In this document: positions 43,259 through 52,798 of the stretch, piece by piece | How positions within the stretch are numbered: position 1 is the first letter of the stretch | How the letters are laid out: every line of letters begins with the position of its first letter | Notes under the pieces: generated by a model | The model's input: the letters and a program-made list of their open reading frames with translations, nothing else | Databases searched by the model: none | What the model was told of the DNA's origin: nothing | Made by a program: the position numbers and the translations under genes | Virus record (IMG/VR): IMGVR_UViG_3300049445_000358 | Strand: one strand, 5' to 3' | DNA length: 64,000 bases | Origin: a virus

Positions 43259-46006
43259 ATGCCCAAACTCCTAGCAGGTCCAGCGTGGGACTTCGCTGAC
43301 ACGGATATGCCGAAGTGTCTTGGATGCCCTTACGGGGGAGCCAAGTGTGGTTCGCGCGGGAGGATGGATGCACCGATAGTCTTTGTGGGCGAGGCACCCG
43401 GCCAAGAAGAGATCAGACCAGGCCAACGGCTGCCTCTAATAGGTCCTTCAGGAGAGGTATTCTGGGGTACATTCCCTCCCTTACAGACGCTCAGGGATGA
43501 GGGCATGGACCCGAATGGGTTCCTCATCCTCAATGCAGCTCAGTGCAGACCTCCGAGGACCAAGAACCAGCAGAAGAATATCGCCAACGTCAAGAGGGCA
43601 ATGGTCACATGTCGTGACCGTCTGCTAGAGCAGGTAGCCAGGCATCCCCGTAAGCTCGTAGTAGCAATGGGGAACTTTGCCCTCTGGTCCTTGACAGGGA
43701 ATATGAACTATAAGATCACCCAGGTTCGAGGTCAACCTATTCCTAGTCCCTTGGCTGAACATGGGATCCTGCCGGTAGTTCATCCCGCAGGCATCATGCG
43801 TGGTACTGGCAACTATCGTCAGTACAAGATGGACATGAACTACGCCCTTGACATCCTCCGGGGACATCCTCTCAAAAGCCCCGTCAAGACATTCTACCTG
43901 GTATGCGATACACCCGACAGGGTCCGTCGAGCAATCAAGAAGTTAGTCAAGGCACCAGTTATCGACTGTGACATTGAGACGACGGGGTTCAACCCCAGAG
44001 TCGATGACATACTGGCTCTAGGGATGTCGAAGGACCCCCGGCTGGTGTACATCTTCCCAGGAGCGATTCGATCGATTGACCGGATGATCGAGTTGCAGGC
44101 CCACGAGACGTGGATGGACGGTCAGCCATCCATGATTCCATACCTGAGAGGCTTCTTCCGGAAGTACCGCGGGCATATGAAGTTCTCCGCCGCCGGCAAG
44201 CCGATAGGCAAGGGTAAGCTCTGCTGGCATAACGGCAAGTTCGACATCTCATTTATGAGGGCTCCCGGCTCGGGTCTGGAAGACGAGGACCTCTCTATTG
44301 GCCAAGAGGCAGAGGTTGCGGTCGACGAAGATACGATGTTGATGTCCTATGTGCTCGACGAGAACAGAGGCATCCACGATCTAGAGCAGGTTGCTTCGGA
44401 CCTACTGGGAGCACCAGACTACAAGTTCATTATCAAGCAGTGGGTTCCTAGGAAGAAAGATTCGTATTGTAGGATCCCCCGTACGATCCTGTACAACTAT
44501 TTGGCATTGGACGTCGGCTCGACAGGCGGCATTCGAGACATCATGCGTCGCCGAGTACGGGAGGATCCGGTACAAGAGAAACTGTACCAGCATCTCCTCC
44601 GATTCTCGGAAACGGCGTATTGGATCGAACGCCGTGGCATGCCCGGGAACAGGTTCGCTCTGGAGAGGCAGCAGAGACGCCTCCAGAAGGTCCTCGACGA
44701 GTCCATAGCAGTGGTTCAGGAGGAGGCTGAGAAGCTCGGTGTTGATAAGTACATCAATCCAGGCTCCCCACAACAGATGGCCTGGATCTTCTTCGACGTC
44801 CTGAAGTATGACATCCCCGAAGGGCATGAGCGTTCTACCCAGAAGGAGGTAGTAGCGAAGCTACCTCAGTCGCCGATTGTCAAAGCGTACAGGGCTTTCA
44901 AGGTAGCCCAGAAGGCTAAGGGGACGTATGCAGATGCCCTCCTCAGAGCGATCGATCCCGTTACTGGACGAATTCATCCGGGACTACTTATCCATGGAAC
45001 GCGCACTGGCAGACTTTCGCACAAGGTCGTCGCTAACATCCCTCGAGACAAACGCCTTAGGGGCATGTTCGCATTCGAGGTCCCTCAGCAGTCCCGAATT
45101 CTCGAACTACCCAAGCCTTACCTCATTACTAAAGGCTTCTCGGGTGAGCCGGCTGTCATCGGAGGCATGGCTCGAGGGGGCCGGCTATTCCTCAAAGCCG
45201 ACCTTGATCAGGCGGAGCTTCGAGTACTTGCTGCCATGTCAGGAGACCCCGAGCTCTGTGCCATCTACCTCTCCAACACACGCAAGCTCCACAGAGAAGT
45301 CGCATGCGAGATCTGGGGATCGCCAGGGACGACAGAAGGCAAGAAGAGCGGTGAGTTCAAGTGGGGCAACGAAGAGTACATGAGGGCAAAGGCTCTCAAC
45401 TTCGGGATCATCTACGGTCGAGAAGAGTTTTCCATCGCAATGGAGTTCGGCATCCCTGTCGGTGAGGCTAAAGGCTACATCGACATGTGGAAGAACAAGT
45501 TCCCGGTTGCGTGGAAGTTCATCGAGGATTGTCGAAAGAAGCCCCTCGAGATGAAGACCATGGTGACTCCTTTCGGAAGGAAGAAGAGGCACTGGATCGT
45601 CACGAGAGAGAACGTTCATGGCCTCCAGAACGAGGCTGCGAACTTCCCAGAGCAGTCGATCGCCAATGACATTGTCCTCGAAGCGTCGAATCAATTAGCT
45701 GTGCCTTTCCGCAAACTTGATGTACACACTGTCTTTTTGGTGCACGACGAAATCTTACTGGATGTTCCTGACGACATCGGTGTCGTAAGGGAAGCTCGCC
45801 ATATGGTTGCGGAAGCTTTAGAACAAGCGCCGAAGACCTGGGGCATTACCAGAGTGCCATTCAAGGCAGACACCTCAGTCGGTCGCCGTTGGGGTGTTTA
45901 TCGAGGCACCGACCGCAAGGGGGCTTGGAACGAGTATCTCCAGTCTAAGATTCACCTCGTCACCGACGCAGAATACACCGAGCTGGGCAGAGGAGCCGCC
46001 GACTAA
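43259..46006 (+). CDS. polA: Family A DNA polymerase with an N-terminal UDG family-4-like domain and 3'-5' exonuclease
   Basis: CLGC/GEAPG/CRPP/HPA; DIET, HNGKFD, YLALD; DLDQAELR, RAKALNFGIIYG, VHDE. Confidence 0.93.
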   Translation: MPKLLAGPAWDFADTDMPKCLGCPYGGAKCGSRGRMDAPIVFVGEAPGQEEIRPGQRLPLIGPSGEVFWGTFPPLQTLRDEGMDPNGFLILNAAQCRPPRTKNQQKNIANVKRAMVTCRDRLLEQVARHPRKLVVAMGNFALWSLTGNMNYKITQVRGQPIPSPLAEHGILPVVHPAGIMRGTGNYRQYKMDMNYALDILRGHPLKSPVKTFYLVCDTPDRVRRAIKKLVKAPVIDCDIETTGFNPRVDDILALGMSKDPRLVYIFPGAIRSIDRMIELQAHETWMDGQPSMIPYLRGFFRKYRGHMKFSAAGKPIGKGKLCWHNGKFDISFMRAPGSGLEDEDLSIGQEAEVAVDEDTMLMSYVLDENRGIHDLEQVASDLLGAPDYKFIIKQWVPRKKDSYCRIPRTILYNYLALDVGSTGGIRDIMRRRVREDPVQEKLYQHLLRFSETAYWIERRGMPGNRFALERQQRRLQKVLDESIAVVQEEAEKLGVDKYINPGSPQQMAWIFFDVLKYDIPEGHERSTQKEVVAKLPQSPIVKAYRAFKVAQKAKGTYADALLRAIDPVTGRIHPGLLIHGTRTGRLSHKVVANIPRDKRLRGMFAFEVPQQSRILELPKPYLITKGFSGEPAVIGGMARGGRLFLKADLDQAELRVLAAMSGDPELCAIYLSNTRKLHREVACEIWGSPGTTEGKKSGEFKWGNEEYMRAKALNFGIIYGREEFSIAMEFGIPVGEAKGYIDMWKNKFPVAWKFIEDCRKKPLEMKTMVTPFGRKKRHWIVTRENVHGLQNEAANFPEQSIANDIVLEASNQLAVPFRKLDVHTVFLVHDEILLDVPDDIGVVREARHMVAEALEQAPKTWGITRVPFKADTSVGRRWGVYRGTDRKGAWNEYLQSKIHLVTDAEYTELGRGAAD

Positions 46007-46239
46007 TGGAATCAGGAATAGAGTTCCGCCGTACCTGGAAGCGAGGAGCTAACGGCGAGTGGCAAGAGGTCGAGTTTGAACGGCTCCGGGTCGGAGACGT
46101 GTTCAAGCTGGAGGACACCTCCAAAGGCGTAACCTACCTTACGGGTAAGGTCGGTACTACGCCACAACCCTGTGAGCCCCCAGGAAACTGGACCTTCGAA
46201 TCGGACGGCCTCGAGTGGCACGATAAGGACCCCGACTAA
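46006..46239 (+). CDS. Hypothetical protein
   Basis: TAATG coupling. Confidence 0.65.
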   Translation: MESGIEFRRTWKRGANGEWQEVEFERLRVGDVFKLEDTSKGVTYLTGKVGTTPQPCEPPGNWTFESDGLEWHDKDPD

Positions 46240-46673
46240 TGCGTGCCCCCGCCCCCGCTCGGGCGAGACCAACCCTGCACCCGGACAATGGAGTTCGAGA
46301 GGCTCGAGAGATCGTATTCCGCAACGGGGGTCGAGGATCAGGTAGGACGTTCTATATGATCACGTCCATCGACCCCGATGTCCCAACAGTGATCGTCACT
46401 CACGATCCGGGAGTCGGTCGCTATATCGGCGACCTCATCAAGGTGCACCGCCCAGAGATAAACTACACCGACTACGGCTCAGGGAAGACTAAGATCATCA
46501 CGGTGAAACGCGACGAGGACCTCCGGTTACTACGAGGATGGTCAGGAGCAGTCAAAGTTGATCACGCAGTACTCGACAACATAGACAGACGGGTGCTTGG
46601 ACTATTGGAAGCCGTCTGTGAGAAGGTCGCTGTTGAGAAGGCAGACAGGGATCGAGCTAGACAGGGTAGATAG
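46239..46673 (+). CDS. Hypothetical protein with a degenerate P-loop
   Basis: GGRGSGRT; TAATG coupling. Confidence 0.55.
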   Translation: MRAPAPARARPTLHPDNGVREAREIVFRNGGRGSGRTFYMITSIDPDVPTVIVTHDPGVGRYIGDLIKVHRPEINYTDYGSGKTKIITVKRDEDLRLLRGWSGAVKVDHAVLDNIDRRVLGLLEAVCEKVAVEKADRDRARQGR

Positions 46674-46676
46674 AGG

Positions 46677-46913
46677 ATGGACGACGATCTGGCTTCAGAG
46701 TTCTTTAAGGTATCGGCTGCTTGGCATGGTCGTAGTGACGAGCGTATGACCACGAACCAAGCTATCACGCGCCTGAACCATGTTGCCTCGCAGGCGGAAA
46801 ACCCAGGACTTGCTGGGAGGGCCCGCTTATTACTGGACCAGATCGTTTACGGAAGAAATCATCGACCAGCAAGGATTATGACCAATGGCCGCACCGATCC
46901 ACGTCGTTACTAG
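46677..46913 (+). CDS. Hypothetical protein
   Basis: GAGG RBS. Confidence 0.6.
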   Translation: MDDDLASEFFKVSAAWHGRSDERMTTNQAITRLNHVASQAENPGLAGRARLLLDQIVYGRNHRPARIMTNGRTDPRRY

Positions 46914-47133
46914 CGAAGTTTGTGGGCGCTGCAAGTTCTCAAGAGCCAATCCGGCGCCTTCTCCCGGACTTGAACTGATCTGCAAACGGATGCCTCCACA
47001 CGCCTCGGCTACCCTGATGGGTCGTCAGCCTGATGGTCAGCCTCTCTTCATGTACACTTCATACTACGCCTGTGTAGGCGAGCACGAGGAAGGCTGTGGT
47101 GAATGGAAGCCGAAGATCACCATCACCAACTGA
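46885..47133 (+). CDS. Cys-containing hypothetical protein
   Basis: CGRCKF...CKRMPP...CGEWK; last + strand gene. Confidence 0.6.
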   Translation: MAAPIHVVTSEVCGRCKFSRANPAPSPGLELICKRMPPHASATLMGRQPDGQPLFMYTSYYACVGEHEEGCGEWKPKITITN

Positions 47134-47145
47134 CCGTCGCCGATA

Positions 47146-48108
47146 TCAGGGGTGGGTGAAGGGCTGGAAGAATACGCTGGCTGGGCCCGAAGCGGGTAGG
47201 GCTGTCACAACGGCGTAGCCGTTCATCTTAGACACTCCCGAAGCTCCTTGGACAATGGCGTAGGAGTTTATCTTAGACACTCCCTCGCCTGTAGCTTCAA
47301 CGATGCCATAAGAGTTGAGCTTGCTCACCCGGTCGTCAGCGTTCTCGACGATCCCGAAAGAATTGATCTTAGGGACGGCTGCAGGGGCTGCCTCAGCGTT
47401 GTCAGTTAAGATCGAGAACGTTGCGATCCCGGGCCAGTATGTCGCTCCCGACTTGAAGTAGCCCTGCGACTTACTGCCTGTTCCGACGTTGCCTCCGGAG
47501 TCACCAGCTATCAACGAGTCGTTAGTGGTTATCCTTGTGAAAGTAGGAGCCGTAGTGCTATTGGTGCTTGGTCCGGTAGCAGGGCTGACCCGAGACCAGG
47601 CAAAGCTAAGTAGAGATGCCTGTGATGACACGACAGTAGTCGACAGATTCTCGTTGTCGGTAGCGGTGGTGATTTGGCTGATAGCATGACTGTCGATAGT
47701 ACCGGTCTGAGTGATCGCGTTGTGCGACGTTGCTACACCCATCGTGAAGCTAGTTGTTCCGGAGAGGGTGACCGCAATGGTATTCGATCCTGACGCAGGA
47801 TTGACCAGGTACCAGACCTCGAAGTCCTGGTTATTGCTCTCCTGCGCCGCTGTGATTCCATCCAGCTTAGTCAGGGCAACACCGTTGTAGGTGATGCCTG
47901 TGACCGTCCGAGAGGCCGAGTTGAACGTCGAAACAGCAACGGCGAGGAAGCGGTTCGACCCGGAGGTCGTGTGCGACCAGCTGAAGCTAGAGACGTTCGT
48001 CGACCAGCTTCCTCCGTTGCTCTTCGAGGCAGCATCGAAGGCTGCCTTAGCAGATAGAGGCCATAATAAGGCTACAAGTAGGACAGCGAGTAGTAGACGC
48101 TTGATCAT
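47146..48108 (-). CDS. Signal-peptide-bearing beta-rich (fibre/adhesin-like) protein with C-terminal repeats
   Basis: MIKRLLLAVLLVALLWPLSAKA|; S/T-rich body; 4x VSK(I/L/M)NSY repeats. Confidence 0.75.
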   Translation of the reverse strand: MIKRLLLAVLLVALLWPLSAKAAFDAASKSNGGSWSTNVSSFSWSHTTSGSNRFLAVAVSTFNSASRTVTGITYNGVALTKLDGITAAQESNNQDFEVWYLVNPASGSNTIAVTLSGTTSFTMGVATSHNAITQTGTIDSHAISQITTATDNENLSTTVVSSQASLLSFAWSRVSPATGPSTNSTTAPTFTRITTNDSLIAGDSGGNVGTGSKSQGYFKSGATYWPGIATFSILTDNAEAAPAAVPKINSFGIVENADDRVSKLNSYGIVEATGEGVSKINSYAIVQGASGVSKMNGYAVVTALPASGPASVFFQPFTHP

Positions 48109-49208
48109 GGGGTGCTCTTCACGCCGATGTTAAAGCCAGCTGCAGTAAGGTCCGAGACTGCCCAGGCGCCTCCACCGTTTGGATTGGTCGCCCAGACGTT
48201 GTAGTAGTTGGCAAAGCTGGTTGTGACTGTGACATCCGACGAGTTCGAGTCGACACTTCCGGTACGGAGGTTGTGCTCAATGTGTTGTGGTCCGCTAGCC
48301 CCTCGCTGCCCACGGAACGATGTTACGACTGCATTGACGGAGAAGCTGCCTGAGGGGAAGGTTGTATTTGCATTCCCGAACTTGACACCGCACTGGTTCA
48401 ACTGGTTGTTGGTCGCGCTGCTGATGAAGGTGCCGTCGTTAAAGGTGGTCGAGTTGACGATCGCGGTACAGGGGTTGGTCCCGGTCCACGCTGTCGCATT
48501 ACCTGCTGAAGCAGGCTCCATCGTGACCAGAGCCATTGCTCGAGTATCAGCATCCGCTGCGATCGTCTCTGAATAGGTGTCGGTGGTATTCGTCATCGCG
48601 CCGTAGGCGATCTGGTTTAGCTGGGTGCGACTGTCAGTGGTGACGTCGCCACTGAAGGTACAGATCGAGGCACTGTTGACGTAGAGCGTCGCCTGTCCGG
48701 AGACCGCATAGTTGATGAATAGGTCTACCTGAGTGACACCGATCGTTGGTAGCGCACCGGAGGTGCAGGTAGCAAGGTCAGTAAACGTGCCACCAGTCGA
48801 CCGCTTCGAGAGCTTGACCTGCCCTGCGGTACCGGTCCCACGTACCAAGATTGCAGGGTTCCCGTCTGAGGCATAGACGACTACCATCTGGCCGCCGGAC
48901 ACTGTAGCAGTACCGTCCACGTTCCCATACTGGAAGTGCAGCCAGAGAGTGCCAGTGTTGGTGAAAGTCGGAGAGATCCAGCGGTACGGATTTGGATCGG
49001 TGGAGCTCTGGCTGTTCAGAACGATCGGCGCACGGGAGTAAGCAGCTCTGAACCGGGTCGTAGTTGTGGTAACATTGCAATTAGTTGCGCAGGTACCTGC
49101 TCTCGTGAAGTCGGCGTCCTCATTGCCGGCGAACAGGATCGTGGCTTCAACTGGACTGTTGACGGCTAGCAGCAGTACCAGAAGCAGGAAGGATAAGAGG
49201 CGCCTCAT
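48105..49208 (-). CDS. Signal-peptide-bearing beta-rich protein
   Basis: GGAG RBS; MRRLLSFLLLVLLLAVNSPVEA|. Confidence 0.75.
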   Translation of the reverse strand: MRRLLSFLLLVLLLAVNSPVEATILFAGNEDADFTRAGTCATNCNVTTTTTRFRAAYSRAPIVLNSQSSTDPNPYRWISPTFTNTGTLWLHFQYGNVDGTATVSGGQMVVVYASDGNPAILVRGTGTAGQVKLSKRSTGGTFTDLATCTSGALPTIGVTQVDLFINYAVSGQATLYVNSASICTFSGDVTTDSRTQLNQIAYGAMTNTTDTYSETIAADADTRAMALVTMEPASAGNATAWTGTNPCTAIVNSTTFNDGTFISSATNNQLNQCGVKFGNANTTFPSGSFSVNAVVTSFRGQRGASGPQHIEHNLRTGSVDSNSSDVTVTTSFANYYNVWATNPNGGGAWAVSDLTAAGFNIGVKSTP

Positions 49209-49209
49209 G

Positions 49210-49761
49210 TTATGCTCCATCACCAGTAACGGTAAATGTTGAAGTAGAGAAGACAGACACACCCAAGTATGAATTCTGTCCGAAGGTCTTGGTAAACGAA
49301 TGTGGGTTTGCAGCAAACGTTGCGCCACCACCTGCAGACACTGTTACTTGACCTCCTGCGGTAGTTTGCAACAGGGCGATGTTGCATCCTACAACAAGGG
49401 ACGAAGGAACGGTCACTGCGACTGGCGACGAATTGGTGAACTTAACTGTTGTGCCACAGTCTGCAGCAGCCAGGGTATAAGTAGTACCCGACTGGGTCGT
49501 GACTGTCCCTATGACAGTCCCGAAAGTATTCGTGCCGGACCAGGTATTGTTGCCCGACGAAGAGGGAGCTGCCGTACAGGTGAAGATCCCAGTGCCTGCC
49601 AGTGCTGAGGCAAAGCTCCCAGCGGAACAAGTGAATACCAGTACCGGACTTACCTTCTGGACTGTCTGGGCTAACAGAGCCCCGACAAGGCCTACCGACA
49701 GCAGGCCGGCAATTACGATGGCACGAAGCCGAAGCTTGGGCTTTCCCGTTCCCGTTCTCAT
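49210..49761 (-). CDS. Fibre-like protein with an N-terminal signal/anchor
   Basis: LRAIVIAGLLSVGLVGALLA|Q; TTYTLAAADCG domain shared with the upstream fibre; ATGA overlap. Confidence 0.7.
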   Translation of the reverse strand: MRTGTGKPKLRLRAIVIAGLLSVGLVGALLAQTVQKVSPVLVFTCSAGSFASALAGTGIFTCTAAPSSSGNNTWSGTNTFGTVIGTVTTQSGTTYTLAAADCGTTVKFTNSSPVAVTVPSSLVVGCNIALLQTTAGGQVTVSAGGGATFAANPHSFTKTFGQNSYLGVSVFSTSTFTVTGDGA

Positions 49762-50549
49762 GTCAGAGTCCATCCGCCTTGGGATTGCGTTACGACCCAC
49801 GTGCCGGCTGCGTGGCATTCAAGCATTATGAACCACCCCTTGGTGTTCCCCTCGATAGTACCTCCTGGAGCACTATCCGAACCAGACCAGGTTATTACGT
49901 CTGTGCCGTTGGCGGCGAAGCGTAGAATCTGGTTCACGATGACAGAGAGGCCGTAGTTGAGTCCGATCACTGCAGCAGGAAGCGATCCGATGACTGTCCC
50001 TCCGGCTCCTACGTTTGTGTAGCGGGTTCCGCTCTCTCCGGCCGAAACAGAGAAGTTAGCTGTCTTAGCGACTACCGGGACAGTAGTGGCTGTGCTTCCC
50101 GCAGCTCCTCTGATAGCGAAGTAGTTGACACCATCCGAGTGGATGGTCGCCCCTTGGTTCTGTTGTAGAATTAGGGTGGCTGCCCCATTGATAGTCGAGG
50201 GGCCTGCTGCCGTAATTGTGGCTGCTCCCACTCCGATGTTGATCACCCACAGCTTCGAATCCGGCGGCATGAAGATACCGCTGGAAGAGTTAGCTGCAGC
50301 CAGAGCTACTGCGACCGGGGACGCATTGTTGAAGACAACGATCTTGCCAGCGTCCGTGTACAGGACGGTGTAGGAGGTGCCTGCCGTCGTGATGACAGGG
50401 GTGCCATCAACCTGATGGCCTCCAAGCAGAGTTCCATCACCGACGAACAAGCGGTCGAGGTCTTGATCAACGAGGAGCTCGCCGTCATTGGGCACGAGGG
50501 CCAGACGAGCAGCAGAACCTCCACGCCTAAAGTCAATTTTGCCTGGCAT
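49758..50549 (-). CDS. Tail fibre protein with an Mtd_N-like N-terminus
   Basis: IDFRRG...GELLVDQDLDRLFVGDG..GG. Confidence 0.7.
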   Translation of the reverse strand: MPGKIDFRRGGSAARLALVPNDGELLVDQDLDRLFVGDGTLLGGHQVDGTPVITTAGTSYTVLYTDAGKIVVFNNASPVAVALAAANSSSGIFMPPDSKLWVINIGVGAATITAAGPSTINGAATLILQQNQGATIHSDGVNYFAIRGAAGSTATTVPVVAKTANFSVSAGESGTRYTNVGAGGTVIGSLPAAVIGLNYGLSVIVNQILRFAANGTDVITWSGSDSAPGGTIEGNTKGWFIMLECHAAGTWVVTQSQGGWTLT

Positions 50550-52798
50550 CAGAAGGTCCCCAAATCAATCTCGACGTCGGTAGGTGAGCAGTCGCCGAAG
50601 CCTCCCAGATTCAGATCCCACTCAGCATCTGCTGCGTTGAGATCTACCTCCTGACCAGCTTGCAAAGCCAGAACGATAGGATTGCTGCTCTGTGTTGATC
50701 CGATCCCCAGAGGAGTATACGGATAGACTGTGACCGACGATAGATCCTCGAGCCCTTGTCCGTACAGATTGAATGACTGGTACTTCGAGTACAGAAGAGA
50801 CCCGATGAAGTCTGGCGGGAGGGAGTCTTCGAAGACTGCGTCGTCGATGCGGAGGAACTGACTGTCTGTGGGATGAGCACAAGGAGTAGTACCGAACATC
50901 CCTCTATATAAACCTGTGAGATCGTAGGCGTTCTGACCTGTTAAGGTAGCAGTGGTATAACCGATGAACTCAACGTCGCCGTCTGGGTCTTTGACAGCGC
51001 ACACACTTAGACCTGAAGCAGCCTGTGCATCCGTCACAGACTCCAGATTGCCGTTGCTCATTATTAACGATACCGACAGGGTGTTTGTATTGTCGGGGTT
51101 AGAGCCAGTATAGTCCGGGAGAGAGGCAGTAGTCACCCCCTGACGAGATGGACCTCCCTTGGTGCCGAACTGGATGTAGGTCGCATCATCGTCTGAGACG
51201 TAGACGTTCGCTCCTCCCCAATTGGGATCCGAAACACCTGCTGTACCTCCTGAGATGCCGACCATGATGGTCGGTAAGGACTTGCCTCGGAAGGTGAGAA
51301 GCTCCGGAGTTGGCTCCAAGATGATCGGCGGATTGACGGGACCGGGGGCCACTCCTGTATCGAATAGTGTCGGAGGCACGCTTTGCTGCTGTGGGTACAG
51401 GATCGTGGAGGTGGCTCCTATCGGGAACTCCTCGCAGACAAAGGTCAGTACCCCCTTCTCATCCTCTTCGATGGTCTGGACGCGCACAGGGAACTTGTTC
51501 AGTCCCAGAGTCGCATCCGTGAGCGAGACTGCATCCATGGGCTCTAAGACGCAGTACTGCCATCCGAGCTTGAAGGTGAATGTCCTACGGATGGCAATGT
51601 TACGCTTGAGCTGGATGTGCGCGCTGACAGAGGCATAGTTGATATGGGTGAATTCATCAGCGAGGCCCATACGATCGACACGAGGACCGTATGTCTCAAC
51701 CTGATTCTCGTCTTTCGCCTCAGCAACCGAATCGTTATAGAGGAGGTACCGGTCTCGGAAGTCGATCCTGATGACATTCTTGACATCTACAGGGTCAACT
51801 CGGCTTACGGTAACCGGGTCTTCTCCTTCGTCGGCCTGGATGAAGTCCAAGTCGGTAAGGTCGAAGAGTATGGGATTCTTAGGACTGTAGTACTTCAGGG
51901 CCCTATCAGCATGAGCTGCGTCATAGCCAGGATTGGTCCCGTCGTACTTGTCCCAGTACGGGATGAACTTAAGTATCGTCCCTGTCCACACAGGAGCAAT
52001 CAACATGTTCTTGCACCAGCGGTCCAAGATGCTGGAGGCAGGTTCTACGTTGTTCAGGACGACAGACATCCCGAAGCCAACAGCCTGACAGTAGGTGGAG
52101 ACTGCATTGTCTCCGATAGCAGGGTTGGTAGCATCTGCAGACGAGAACAGACTTGTGGAATCCACGAAGGATGTTGGTACGGGAACGCCATACCGAGTAT
52201 TGGTCAACAGATCATAGATGCACTCTGCTGGATCGGCATCCATCAACACTTGAGTGCTATCTGGCGCAGTGTACAGGTTAAGTGGGCAGGTACCAGCAAA
52301 GATACCTTTCGGAACGAAATTGAGTTGGGGGATTGTAGCTGAGGAATCCAACGGCCAATGATAGAAACCTATAAAGGCTGTGAAGGTGTAGTTGTAGACG
52401 TCGTCCGGATGATCCAGTAGAGGAGGCCATACTGCCTGGTCTTGCGTCCCGAAGAACAGCTCGAAGACCTTGCCGTCAGGGGCAGTGCTAGGGGTGTAGG
52501 TGGCTTGGTCGTCGAAGACGATATACAGGTCCGAGATGTCTCCTTCACCTAGGGCCCCCATGAATGAGGCAAAGTACTTGAACCCAGTTGTCTCGTTCTT
52601 GCCTCCCGACAGGAGTCCTTTGCCTCCACCTGACTTAATAGCCTGCGACTGAAAATCGTTCGCATAGATGACATTCATGGTCACTCGGGGAGTGCCATAA
52701 ATGATCGGGATGGGTAGGATGTTGACAGCCGTCTGGATCTGGAGACCCGTGAACTCCGGGATCGCCTTCTTCTTGGACGGCGCGAACAAGAACCCCAT
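50549..52798 (-). CDS. Tail tip / central tail protein (GTA-like, lambda J-like)
   Basis: PIPIIYG, DPAECIYDLLTN.RYG, LEPMD.V.L; position after NlpC/P60. Confidence 0.8.
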   Translation of the reverse strand: MGFLFAPSKKKAIPEFTGLQIQTAVNILPIPIIYGTPRVTMNVIYANDFQSQAIKSGGGKGLLSGGKNETTGFKYFASFMGALGEGDISDLYIVFDDQATYTPSTAPDGKVFELFFGTQDQAVWPPLLDHPDDVYNYTFTAFIGFYHWPLDSSATIPQLNFVPKGIFAGTCPLNLYTAPDSTQVLMDADPAECIYDLLTNTRYGVPVPTSFVDSTSLFSSADATNPAIGDNAVSTYCQAVGFGMSVVLNNVEPASSILDRWCKNMLIAPVWTGTILKFIPYWDKYDGTNPGYDAAHADRALKYYSPKNPILFDLTDLDFIQADEGEDPVTVSRVDPVDVKNVIRIDFRDRYLLYNDSVAEAKDENQVETYGPRVDRMGLADEFTHINYASVSAHIQLKRNIAIRRTFTFKLGWQYCVLEPMDAVSLTDATLGLNKFPVRVQTIEEDEKGVLTFVCEEFPIGATSTILYPQQQSVPPTLFDTGVAPGPVNPPIILEPTPELLTFRGKSLPTIMVGISGGTAGVSDPNWGGANVYVSDDDATYIQFGTKGGPSRQGVTTASLPDYTGSNPDNTNTLSVSLIMSNGNLESVTDAQAASGLSVCAVKDPDGDVEFIGYTTATLTGQNAYDLTGLYRGMFGTTPCAHPTDSQFLRIDDAVFEDSLPPDFIGSLLYSKYQSFNLYGQGLEDLSSVTVYPYTPLGIGSTQSSNPIVLALQAGQEVDLNAADAEWDLNLGGFGDCSPTDVEIDLGTF

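Noticed and set aside
38860-46006. Inteins or introns in nrdJ and polA
   Set aside because: Both ORFs are continuous with motifs at expected spacing; no intein termini or LAGLIDADG motifs noticed.
47146-50549. Diversity-generating retroelement (Mtd_N-like fibre)
   Set aside because: No reverse transcriptase and no template/variable repeat pair visible in the window.
51617-52342. 241 aa + strand ORF (likewise antisense ORFs 35172..35900 and 37792..38412)
   Set aside because: Wholly antisense to well-supported genes, with no protein-like motifs.
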